DNA of 32,000 nucleotides from an uncultured archaeon. GTDB taxonomy: Archaea > Iainarchaeota > Iainarchaeia > Iainarchaeales > Iainarchaeaceae. Made by a program: the position numbers and the translations under genes. The stretch is taken from positions 117,278-149,277 of the forward strand of contig CAZNZM010000001.1 of NCBI GenBank assembly GCA_964577555.1. Reading direction: 5' to 3'. The notes beneath the pieces were generated by a model that saw only the letters and a list, made by a program, of their open reading frames with translations, did no database searches and was not told where the DNA came from. Shown here in pieces: positions 24,443 to 32,000 of this stretch. Within the stretch, counting starts at the first letter, position 1, and every line of letters begins with the position of its first letter.

Positions 24443-25414
24443 TTAACCAAAATCCATTTTGCCTTCCATAAAAAAAGCATCCAACTCTGGCAAAATATCG
24501 TTTATACTCTTAGCCAAAGCCATTTTTACCCTCAACTTCTTTGCCAATGGAATACATTTAGTAAGTCGCATAGCGTTAAGCCTCAAATGTTCAAGTTTAA
24601 CCATTTCAAACTTTTTACAAAGCTCATAATAATTATAAAATAGCTTCATTTTTTCTTTAGGTGAAAATTTTGGTTCTTTGCCGGACACAACGTATTTATG
24701 TATAAAATCAAATATTAATGGATTTATCATTGCCTGACGCCCAATCATAGCAAAGTCGGCTCCCGTCCTCTCTAATATTCTGACTGCATTTTCACACGAA
24801 TTTACATCACCGTTTGCCACAATAGGGACTTCGACAGAGTTCCTTATCTTTGCTATTGCATTCCAATCAGCAATACCTGAATAACCTTGCACAGCTGTTC
24901 TTGCGTGCACTATTATTCCATCAACCCCTGATTTTTCAAGTATTCTGCAAATTTTAATAGATTCGTCTTTAGCCCAACCTAAACGAATTTTAACAGTTAC
25001 GGGTTTTGACACCTTGGATTTTATGGCTTTGACAATTGAACCTATTTTTTCAGGTTTTTTGAGCAAGGCGGCGCCAGCGCCGATGGAAACCTCTTTGTAC
25101 GAAGGACACCCACAATTTATGTTTATCATTTCAAAATTCGATTCAACAGCCTTGGCTGCAACGGCAAAATCCCTTTTATCAACGCCAAACAATTGAACTG
25201 CAACCGGTTTTTCTTCGTCGCAAGTTTTTATAATGGAAAATTCATTATTGGTAAACGGATCCGGATTGCGGGCTATTTGAGTGGCATTTATTTGTTCTGT
25301 GAACACCATTCCTGCGCCTTTTTGCACGCAAAGCATTCTAAATGGCAAGTTAGTGACAGCTGCCATTGGCGCTAAAAAGTATTTGCTTCTTACTTTAACA
25401 CCGCAAAAATCCAT
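24443..25414 (-). CDS. dus: tRNA-dihydrouridine synthase (FMN-dependent Dus family)
   Basis: FLAPMAAVTNLPFRMLC, ININCGCP, VTVKIRLGW, IIVHARTA. ATG at 25414; the ORF track's earlier GTG at 25423 would lie inside the tRNA. Confidence 0.9.
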   Translation of the reverse strand: MDFCGVKVRSKYFLAPMAAVTNLPFRMLCVQKGAGMVFTEQINATQIARNPDPFTNNEFSIIKTCDEEKPVAVQLFGVDKRDFAVAAKAVESNFEMININCGCPSYKEVSIGAGAALLKKPEKIGSIVKAIKSKVSKPVTVKIRLGWAKDESIKICRILEKSGVDGIIVHARTAVQGYSGIADWNAIAKIRNSVEVPIVANGDVNSCENAVRILERTGADFAMIGRQAMINPLIFDFIHKYVVSGKEPKFSPKEKMKLFYNYYELCKKFEMVKLEHLRLNAMRLTKCIPLAKKLRVKMALAKSINDILPELDAFFMEGKMDFG

Positions 25415-25418
25415 GTTA

Positions 25419-25489
25419 TGCACCCGCCGGGATTTGAACCCGGGCCGAAAGCTTGGGAAGCTTTAAGGCTACCGCTACCCCACAGGTGC
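25419..25489 (-). tRNA. tRNA-Gly (anticodon CCC), 71 nt, no encoded CCA
   Basis: Hand-folded cloverleaf. Acceptor GCACCUG/CGGGUGC (one G-U). U8, D-arm GGGU/GCCU with an AGCGGUA loop. Anticodon stem AAAGC/GCUUU with loop UUCCCAA. T-arm CCGGG/CCCGG with loop UUCAAAU. Discriminator A. Confidence 0.9.
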
Positions 25490-25562
25490 GTTAATTTATT
25501 ATAAAAAGTAGATTCGGGAAAATTTTAAATTACGCATTCAAAAAAAACTTTTGCGATTTATT

Positions 25563-25791
25563 GGAGGAGGCCCGAAGCTTTTTTTAGCTTCGGGGCAATG
25601 AATTTTGAAAGCAGTACTTGCTACTTGAGCATAGCAAGCAATGTTGAGGACGAACGCTTTTGATTAACCTTTTTAGAATTAAATCTGAGCCTAGCTGCTT
25701 TAATTCTTGGTACTTGTATAGTTTCTGTATCTTTTATGAATTCACGCCAATTCATCCTCAAAACCTCCTTTGATATCCCACCTAAGAGGTG
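25563..25791. ncRNA. Hairpin-rich intergenic segment; candidate structured RNA or regulatory region, strand unknown
   Basis: Hairpin CCCGAAGCT-T6-AGCTTCGGG (25571-25594). Hairpin CTTGCTA-N8-TAGCAAG (25617-25638). Hairpin CACCT-AAG-AGGTG (25779-25791). Possible weak closing pairing of GGAGG (25563-67) with CCTCC (25764-68). Confidence 0.2.
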
Positions 25792-25886
25792 AAACCTCGA
25801 ACCACACGTTATAATTAATGCCTTTGATATATAAATAATAGTAAGTATAATAAATATATCTGCTATAAAAAGTATAGTGTGATAAA

Positions 25887-26183
25887 ATGGGTGATTTTAG
25901 AAAAATAGAGGCTTTTATCTCCAAAAAGTATAATATTAGTATTTTAAGGGAGCTTTTAAACAGCCAACAAGGTGTTGGATTTAATTCCTTGCTTAAATCG
26001 CTCGAGCCTATAACAGCAAGAGTTCTTTCTATTCGTTTGAAAGAGCTTGAAAAGGACGGGTTTTTACAAAAAAACTTGGTTTTGGGTACGAAGCCTAAAA
26101 TAGAGTATAGGGCAAGCCAAAAGGCTGAAGGCTTGAAGAAAGTGATTAAAGAATTGGAAAAATTTGAAAAAAACTTGCAATGA
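25887..26183 (+). CDS. HxlR/MarR-like winged-helix transcriptional regulator
   Basis: FNSLLKSLEPITARVLSIRLKELEKDGFLQKNLVLGTKPKIEYRASQKAEGL matches the HxlR pattern (..Ls.rLkeLe.dGl..r.....p..veY.lt.kG..L). TATA-like CTATAAAAAG lies ~15-25 nt upstream. Confidence 0.75.
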   Translation: MGDFRKIEAFISKKYNISILRELLNSQQGVGFNSLLKSLEPITARVLSIRLKELEKDGFLQKNLVLGTKPKIEYRASQKAEGLKKVIKELEKFEKNLQ

Positions 26184-26187
26184 ATTT

Positions 26188-26201
26188 GTTAATCGATTAA
26201 C
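26188..26201. promoter_or_regulatory. Perfect 14-bp palindrome GTTAATCGATTAAC 5 nt after the HxlR-like stop codon
   Basis: Seen directly. It could be a binding site or a loop-less hairpin. Function unknown. Confidence 0.2.
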
Positions 26202-26371
26202 TGGACAAAGATTATTTTAAACGTGGGTGTTGGCATTTGTAAAACATTTTTGTAAAATGTTGGTTGCGTTGGTTCTTCTAAAAGTTCGTTTTCAAACCAA
26301 ACATAAAACCTTTTACCAAGCAGTTAAATTAATTAAGTTCATGGAAATTAATTTTAGATAGGTGGTTTTTG

Positions 26372-26602
26372 ATGGCTAAATTCAAGATAATATTTGACAG
26401 AAATAATTGTGTTGCCGCTGGTCCTTGTGCGGCTGTTGATTCGGTTCATTTCAAAATCGACCCGTCTGATGGTAAAGCAATATTAATTGGTGGCAAGGAA
26501 GTGAGCCCAGGGATTTTTGAACTTGAAGTTGATGATGATGAGCTTGGAAATCAAGCCGCTGCAGTTTGCCCAGCAGCAGTAATTACGGTAAAAAAATTAT
26601 AA
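26372..26602 (+). CDS. Small mono-cluster ferredoxin-like protein (three Cys, 3Fe-4S/4Fe-4S type)
   Basis: C-x5-C (NNCVAAGPCAAV) plus a distal C-P (AAAVCPAAVITV) in a 76-aa acidic protein. AGGTGG lies 7 nt upstream of the ATG. Confidence 0.6.
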   Translation: MAKFKIIFDRNNCVAAGPCAAVDSVHFKIDPSDGKAILIGGKEVSPGIFELEVDDDELGNQAAAVCPAAVITVKKL

Positions 26603-26635
26603 ATAATTATAAATATAAAAAAACAGGAGTCGATT

Positions 26636-26962
26636 ATGGATAGAAAAATTCAAGTGGTGCACTTACTGGAAGGGCATAATATAGACAAGCTTGTATTAAT
26701 GTCTAAAATTGAAAAATTTTATGACAAACTTGCAAAAAATTTTATGAGAGAAATTTTTATGGAAGTGCATTTCAAAGTTTACAATGACAAAGGCAAAATG
26801 GAAAGTAAACGTGAACAAATTGAAACAAAAATACATGTAAAAGCCCCCCACCTTAACCTAAATGCCTCTGAAACCGAATGGGACGCCATAAAGTCACTTA
26901 AAAAAGCGTTTAAAGCGATAGAAAAAGAAGCTGAAAAAGCGCTACACAAACAAGAAAAATGA
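26636..26962 (+). CDS. HPF/RaiA (YfiA)-like ribosome-associated protein, tentative
   Basis: IETKIHVKAPHLNLNASETEWDAIKSLKKAFKAIEKEAEK aligns by eye with E. coli HPF [38 protein letters not shown]. The size fits and the C-terminus is basic. AGGAG lies 7 nt upstream. Confidence 0.4.
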   Translation: MDRKIQVVHLLEGHNIDKLVLMSKIEKFYDKLAKNFMREIFMEVHFKVYNDKGKMESKREQIETKIHVKAPHLNLNASETEWDAIKSLKKAFKAIEKEAEKALHKQEK

Positions 26963-27174
26963 ACCATAAATATAAACAAAATTTTCAAGCCCAAACTTTT
27001 GATTCGTCAAAAAACGATAATAAAAAGATAAACCATCAAAGCTAATTAGTTTTTTTAACTTTTGAATTTTTTTTTGTTTGGATTTGGCGCCTATTAGTAT
27101 AAAATAGATGTTTGGATTTTAAAAATACTGCTTTTATTTTTTCCCGAGGAGGCTGTGAGAGGAGAGAGATCAAA

Positions 27175-27573
27175 ATGAGTCTGATAACTTTAACATTTGG
27201 TTCTGGTTCAAAGAAAAATATTAACAATAATTCAAACAACGAAAATGAGTCTGGTTTGAGTATTTCAACGCCTGAAAGTAGGCTAAAACAAAAAATATTG
27301 AAAGGAGTATCTAGTGGTACTGTAATTGTAAGAAAAGCATGCAGATTTTATTCGCGCGAGGAAGTCTTTATTTTGGGAGAAGTAACTGAAGGGCTTGTAT
27401 CTGATGATATGAAGGTTTTTGTAGGTGAAAAAGAGCTTCATGTTATTGATATTGAATCTAAATATGGGCGTGCAGCAAAGCCAGGTATGACTGTTGGAAT
27501 TACTGTTACTGGAATTGATGACGATGAATTGCCGCAAGGCTCTGCTTTGTGCTTTAAATTAGCATCATCGTGA
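27175..27573 (+). CDS. EF-Tu domain-II-like beta-barrel protein with low-complexity N-terminus
   Basis: ILGEVTEGLVSDDMKVFVGEKELHVIDIESKYGRAAKPGMTVGITVTGIDDDELPQGSAL follows the GTP_EFTU_D2 pattern (G.V..G.v..g..v......v.sIe......A.pG..VGi.l.Gi....l..G..L). There is no GTPase domain. GAGGAGAG lies upstream of the ATG at 27175. Confidence 0.5.
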   Translation: MSLITLTFGSGSKKNINNNSNNENESGLSISTPESRLKQKILKGVSSGTVIVRKACRFYSREEVFILGEVTEGLVSDDMKVFVGEKELHVIDIESKYGRAAKPGMTVGITVTGIDDDELPQGSALCFKLASS

Positions 27574-27871
27574 ACAGCAAAGAGTATATTTTTGAACTCT
27601 TGCAAAAAATTTTTTTGGCTGGCTTTTTTAATAATTAACCTTTATTGTAAATAAAAATGTGTTTCTGAGTAAGTCTAAGTAAGGTGCAAAGTCGTCTATA
27701 CTTGTTTACTTGTTTTTAGTATTGTGCTGGTTTTTGCAAAGCGTTTTATTGTGGCAAATCAAAAAAGTTCTCTACAAAAAAATAAAACAAGCACCTCCGA
27801 TCTTAAATAAACATAGATTTACAGCCTATAAAGTATTGTTTAAGGTTGATTAAGGTTGAGTGATAGTAGTT

Positions 27872-28612
27872 TTATATTTTTACTATAAAAGCTGGTTTGC
27901 GTTTGTGTTCTGTGGCTTTTATTTGGGTGAGAATTTTTTTAATGGTGTTTTTCTTATTTCTAGGTGGTTTTTTTTTGTGGATTATTAATGGCAATAATTC
28001 ATCCAATTCTTCGTAAGTTATTCCTAATTCTTTTTCATCTTCTTGGCCAAGCCATAGTTCAGCAGTGGGTGTTTTTTTCAAAAACTGCACTGGCAACTTA
28101 AAATATTCAGCCAAAGCTTTTACTTGGCTTTTATAAAGGTCTGCTATTGGAAATATATCTGCTGCGGCATCACCGTGTTTTGTAAAATAACCCATATAAA
28201 ATTCGGATTTGTTTCCTGTGCCTACAACAAGGGCGTTATTTGAATTGGCGTAGTTATAAAGAATTACTGCTCTTATTCTGGCGTTGAGGTTTGCTTCGGC
28301 AATTTTGTTTTGCTTCCAAGGTGTTTGTTCGAACATTTCAAGCTTGCGGTCTATTGGTAGGACATGATATTCTACCCCAAAGGTTTCTGCTAAGTTTTTG
28401 GCATCCAAAATGTTTTCCATTTTCGTGATTTTTGTGTTTGGCATTATTAAAGCCGTGACGTTTTCTTTGCCCAACGCTTTTACGAGCAAGGCAAGCACTA
28501 CTGCCGAGTCTATACCGCCACTCAAACCTAAAACTGCTCTTTTAGAGCCGTTTTCAGCAAAATATTTTTTTATTCCGAGAATTATTGTGTTTGCAATCTT
28601 TGAAGCATTCAT
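27872..28612 (-). CDS. nadE: NH3-dependent NAD+ synthetase
   Basis: PP-loop LGLSGGIDSAV, GTGNKSE, TAELW. 246 aa. Confidence 0.9.
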   Translation of the reverse strand: MNASKIANTIILGIKKYFAENGSKRAVLGLSGGIDSAVVLALLVKALGKENVTALIMPNTKITKMENILDAKNLAETFGVEYHVLPIDRKLEMFEQTPWKQNKIAEANLNARIRAVILYNYANSNNALVVGTGNKSEFYMGYFTKHGDAAADIFPIADLYKSQVKALAEYFKLPVQFLKKTPTAELWLGQEDEKELGITYEELDELLPLIIHKKKPPRNKKNTIKKILTQIKATEHKRKPAFIVKI

Positions 28613-28667
28613 AAAACATATTGAATTGCATTAAGCTTAAACGCATTGCTTTAAATCAAATAAAGGC

Positions 28668-29339
28668 TTATTTTTTGTCGATAATTGATATTAAATCTGA
28701 AAATGAATTTAATTCATAATCGGCTTTATATTTTGAATTTTTAAATATTTGACCGTATTTTGCCAAAGCAGTTTTCATGCCAAGGTTTTTTGCTCCAGCA
28801 ATATCTCTTATAGGATTGTCCCCAACAAATAATATTTCTTCTGGCTTCGCACCGATTACATTTAATGCTGCTTTGAATGGCAATTCGTTTGGCTTTGCCA
28901 CGCCAGTATCGTCAAGAGTTATAACTACATTAAAAAAGTCGGACAATCCCATCTCTGTCAATCTTAACCAGGCTCTCATTCTTGGAGCATCAGTAACAAT
29001 TCCTAAAATAAGCCCTTTTTCCTTAAGAGCAATCAAAGTACTCCTAACTCTTGGATATGGTTCCAAATAACCTGCTTGAACTCTCCTATAAGCAGTAATG
29101 CCTCTCGCCAAAATTCGATAATCAACTTTTCCTGTAACTTTTCTCAGGAATTTTTGAAATATTCTTTGATTTTCAATTCCATGTTCTTCGTAAAGTTCAA
29201 ACAATTTCTTGTAAGCTTCGTCCTTTGCCATGTTTAAACCAGCATCAATCATGGCTGAAATTGCGGCTTCGCAACTTCTTCGTTTCATTGTCATAAAATC
29301 GATTAAAGTATTATCAAGGTCAAAGAGAACTGCTTTCAT
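28668..29339 (-). CDS. HAD-superfamily hydrolase, subfamily IA (phosphatase)
   Basis: Motif I FDLDNTLID, motif II GIVTDAP, motif III/IV K...VGDNPIRDIAGAKNLGM. Confidence 0.85.
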   Translation of the reverse strand: MKAVLFDLDNTLIDFMTMKRRSCEAAISAMIDAGLNMAKDEAYKKLFELYEEHGIENQRIFQKFLRKVTGKVDYRILARGITAYRRVQAGYLEPYPRVRSTLIALKEKGLILGIVTDAPRMRAWLRLTEMGLSDFFNVVITLDDTGVAKPNELPFKAALNVIGAKPEEILFVGDNPIRDIAGAKNLGMKTALAKYGQIFKNSKYKADYELNSFSDLISIIDKK

Positions 29340-29404
29340 TTGATATAAAATTGGGACTAATAGGATAAAAACTTTATATATAGGTTAATTCATTTTTTAA
29401 AGGT

Positions 29405-29641
29405 ATGAAAATTGATGAAAGTACAAAAGTTTTTGGAAAATCAATTTCGTTTTTTGTTTATGGTGTAGCGCTAGGCTCTCTTTTTATTTGGTGTATAATT
29501 CAAGGTATTAAAGTTCATTTAAACAACATGGAAACACTTGCGTTTTCCTATTATTTTTTAGGGTGGGTATCAGGGGTTGGGGGTTTGGCGCTTTATTGGC
29601 AAGCAAAAAGACTCTTCCACTTTGCTGAAATATCAAAATAA
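29405..29641 (+). CDS. Small two-TM membrane protein
   Basis: Two hydrophobic helices (ISFFVYGVALGSLFIWCII and YYFLGWVSGVGGLALYW). A TATA-like CTTTATATATA lies upstream. Confidence 0.5.
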   Translation: MKIDESTKVFGKSISFFVYGVALGSLFIWCIIQGIKVHLNNMETLAFSYYFLGWVSGVGGLALYWQAKRLFHFAEISK

Positions 29642-29665
29642 AAAATTAAGAAACTGATTTTTGTT

Positions 29666-29914
29666 TTATTTTTTCTTTTTTGGTGATGCTGAGTTTTCAA
29701 TTATTGTTTTGTCACCATCAAACCCAAACAAGTCTTCAACTTTTTTTCCTGATTTTACGCTTTCGTTGAATTCTTTAATATCTTCTTCATCCAAACCCAA
29801 ATTTTTCAATATCTTGTCATGATCTTCTAAAGTCATTTGGTTAAATTCTTCCCTCCAAATCTTCATATCTTCAGTGTCTGGAAGAGGATGGCCTTCCCTT
29901 TTTCTTGTTATCAT
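29666..29914 (-). CDS. Small acidic hypothetical protein (82 aa)
   Basis: ORF with ordinary, non-repetitive composition (MTLEDHDKILKNLGLDEEDIKEF). No motif recognised. Confidence 0.45.
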   Translation of the reverse strand: MITRKREGHPLPDTEDMKIWREEFNQMTLEDHDKILKNLGLDEEDIKEFNESVKSGKKVEDLFGFDGDKTIIENSASPKKKK

Positions 29915-30039
29915 GACATAATAAACGCCTTACAGCTTTATAAATTTTACAGAAAACATTGCCAGCAAAAAACATTAAAAAGAGAAAAAGCCAAAATATT
30001 GGAAGGAAAACAAACTAAGCCAAATAATTTAATTACAAA

Positions 30040-30690
30040 CAAAAAAATTAACTGGAATTTGTAAAAAACAAGGATAAATTCAATTGCAAGAAAAAATAGT
30101 TCAAAATTTGGCAAATAAAATAAAATTGAAAAAAAACGGCTCGCCAAAAAAACAAAATTAAAAAAATGGCTTGCAAAAAAAACAAACAAAAAAAACGACT
30201 TGCAAAAAAATGAAAAAAATAAAAAAACAACTCAAAAAACAAACAACAAAAAAACAACTTGACAAAAAAAAAGAATTCAAAAAAAAAAAGAAAAATGACA
30301 AAAAAATTGGCTTGCAAAACAAATCCAAAAATAAAAAACTTGACCAAAAAAAACAACAAAAACAAAACTCACAAAAAAATGACCACAAAAAAATCAGCTT
30401 GCAAAAAACAAAACAAAAAAAATAAAAAAAAACAAATTTCAAAAAAAACGTCTAACAAAAAAATAAAAAAAACACACAAAAAAAATTACCAAAAAAAAAC
30501 AAACAACAACAAAAAAACTTGACTCAAAAAAAACAAAATTGGCTCGCAAAAAAAACCAAGCCACAAAAAAAATAACCCAATTAAAAAAAATACATAGAAA
30601 CGCTTAAAATACAAAAAAAGAAAAATCACAAAAAAAACAGCTCACAAAAAACACAAAAAAATAATTTATTTTTCAAAAAAGTTTCGTGAT
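30040..30690 (+). repeat. A-run/GC-island mosaic repeat region, copy C
   Basis: Shares exact or near-exact blocks with copy B (30130-30180, 30254-30331) and copy A (30524-30574 vs 3267-3319). Lies in a divergent spacer directly upstream of the recombinase gene. Confidence 0.9.
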
Positions 30691-30725
30691 AAAAGTTTTA
30701 TTGTTCAAATATGTTCTTATTTAAC

Positions 30726-31589
30726 ATGGACGAAAAAGATCAGGAAGCGATTAAAGAAGCAGAATATCCAAAATTTATCATGGAATTCAAACAAGAACTC
30801 ATAATAGCAGGATTAAGCCCTCGGACGATAAAAATGTATTTGCTTTACATTTCAGATTTTTTTGAATTTACAAAAAAAGAGCCAAAAGACATAACCAGAA
30901 GCGATATTGTCAATTTTTTGGCAAAAATTAAAGAGAGAGGTAATTCAAATGCCACTCTTGCGCTTTGCCATGCGGCATTTAAATATTTTTTCCAAACGTG
31001 GCTGAAAATGAATGTATTAAATGATGTAAAAATTCCTAAAAAAAACAAACACCTGCCTATTGTCCTTTCTAAAGAGGAAGTTAAACAATTACTCCAAGCA
31101 GTAAAACCAGGCAAAAACAGATTGCTTCTTCAATTTATTTATTCGACTGGAACACGAGTAAGCGAAGCTGTAAATATGAAAGTAGAAGATTTTAATTCCA
31201 AAGAAAGAATAGCAAAGGTAAAATCTGGAAAAGGAGACAAAGACAGGATAATAATTCTTTCAAAAAATTGGTGTTTAATGGCAAAAAAATATTTGGAAAG
31301 AAAAAAAGTAAAAAGTCAATTTTTTTTCACTAAAAAGAATGGAAAACCAATAACAGCAACTACAGTTCAGAGAATAGTAAGATACGCAGCCAAAAAAGCA
31401 GGTTTGAACAAGGAAGTAACCCCGCACACTCTCAGGCATAGTTTTGCCACTCATTTGCTTGAGGCTGGAGAAAACATTAGAAATATACAAGAATTGCTTG
31501 GGCATAGCAGTTTAAGCACAACACAAATATACACTCACGTTTCAACAGAACAATTAAAAAAAGTCAAAAGCCCCCTTGATGAATTATAA
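30726..31589 (+). CDS. xerA: Tyrosine recombinase, XerA/XerC-like
   Basis: C-terminal catalytic region TPHTLRHSFATHLLEAGENIRNIQELLGHSSLSTTQIYTHV (R-H-R-Y family), SAM-like N-terminal domain, GTRVSEA. ATG at 30726 (MDEKDQ) or 30711. Confidence 0.85.
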   Translation: MDEKDQEAIKEAEYPKFIMEFKQELIIAGLSPRTIKMYLLYISDFFEFTKKEPKDITRSDIVNFLAKIKERGNSNATLALCHAAFKYFFQTWLKMNVLNDVKIPKKNKHLPIVLSKEEVKQLLQAVKPGKNRLLLQFIYSTGTRVSEAVNMKVEDFNSKERIAKVKSGKGDKDRIIILSKNWCLMAKKYLERKKVKSQFFFTKKNGKPITATTVQRIVRYAAKKAGLNKEVTPHTLRHSFATHLLEAGENIRNIQELLGHSSLSTTQIYTHVSTEQLKKVKSPLDEL

Positions 31590-31686
31590 ATAAACAAAGG
31601 CAAAAGCAAAGATTTTGATACCCCCTTTAGTTCCACTAATAAGTGTGGTGATTTGGCGTTTTCAACACAAAAGAAGATAATTTGCC

Positions 31687-31730
31687 AACAAACACAGACA
31701 TAGACCAAACACGAGTTTGTTGATTTTTTT
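31687..31730 (+). terminator. Hairpin plus T-run, candidate terminator ~100 nt after the recombinase gene
   Basis: CAACAAAC (31687-94) and GTTTGTTG (31715-22) form an 8-bp stem with a 20-nt loop, followed by a T7 run (31724-30). Confidence 0.25.
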
Positions 31731-32000
31731 AATTATGAAAAAAACTTTTGTTATGTAGCAACGCTCGGCAATGTTGATTGATGAATAATAAAAAATTTTT
31801 GAAAATAAAAATTGAGAATATGAAGTAATGTTTGGACTCTTACTTATTGTGATTTTAAAAACAATGAATTTTATACTAAGGTTTATTTTATTGTAGAATT
31901 CATATTTCAAATTTTTTTAGCTTGAGTTTTTGTTGAATTTTAATGTAAAGATTTATATATGTGATATTTCTTATTATTTCAAAATTGTTTTTATGAGGAG

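Noticed and set aside
25742-25924. 60-aa minus-strand ORF.
   Set aside because: It overlaps the HxlR-like gene start and promoter, and its Tyr/Ile-rich sequence derives from an AT-rich TATA region.
27840-27859. Exact tandem TTAAGGTTGA x2 just downstream of the nadE stop.
   Set aside because: Only two 10-bp units in a non-coding tail. No further copies were seen and there is no obvious function.
20863-30040. Integrated mobile element or provirus bounded by the shared repeat blocks.
   Set aside because: The segment contains housekeeping genes (dus, tRNA-Gly, nadE). It has no capsid, terminase, replication or conjugation genes. The recombinase lies outside the bracket, and the block order is swapped rather than a simple attL/attR duplication. 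I kept it only as a recombination-substrate hypothesis in the findings.
31662-31910. 82-aa minus-strand ORF after the recombinase gene.
   Set aside because: Ile/Lys/Phe/Asn-rich low-complexity translation of very AT-rich DNA, with no start context. Left unannotated.
1-32000. None of the ~38 accepted CDSs ends in TAG (all use TAA or TGA), hinting at TAG reassignment.
   Set aside because: Low-GC genomes strongly favour TAA. I saw no pairs of same-frame ORFs split by a TAG and no pyl-type genes. The sample is too small, so it is most simply codon bias.

Overview
This is a low-GC, very gene-dense window that reads as archaeal. The evidence is an archaeal-type HMG-CoA synthase/thiolase/DUF35 trio, isopentenyl phosphate kinase, KaiC-like ATPases, a RecJ/GAN-like DHH protein, an XerA-like recombinase, GGTG/GGAGG ribosome-binding motifs and TATA-like boxes. 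A small-genome DPANN-type archaeon is my guess from composition and content only. In order, the window holds: (1) a cluster of four RecA/KaiC-like genes (two canonical ATPases, two P-loop-less paralogues, one fused to a ~440-aa coiled coil) with a membrane protein upstream and a RecJ-like gene downstream; (2) pyruvate phosphate dikinase; (3) NAD kinase; (4) an eight-gene, translationally coupled mevalonate-pathway operon (class II HMG-CoA reductase through IPK, with an embedded Nudix gene and no phosphomevalonate kinase); (5) an accessory-looking stretch with an IDI-like Nudix protein, two wHTH proteins, a small beta-sandwich protein, an unlisted 37-aa zinc-finger ORF and two ~242-aa unknown proteins; (6) tRNA-Gly(CCC) sitting 4 nt upstream of a tRNA-dihydrouridine synthase gene; (7) an HxlR-type regulator, a small ferredoxin, an HPF/RaiA-like protein and an EF-Tu-domain-II-like barrel protein; (8) NAD synthetase, a HAD hydrolase, small proteins and a tyrosine recombinase. 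The most unusual signal is non-genic. Four long intergenic regions (about 2 kb in total) are built from a mosaic repeat family of short GC islands separated by A7-11 runs, with exact blocks of up to 51 bp shared between loci. All calls come from motif recognition by eye; no database search was possible.
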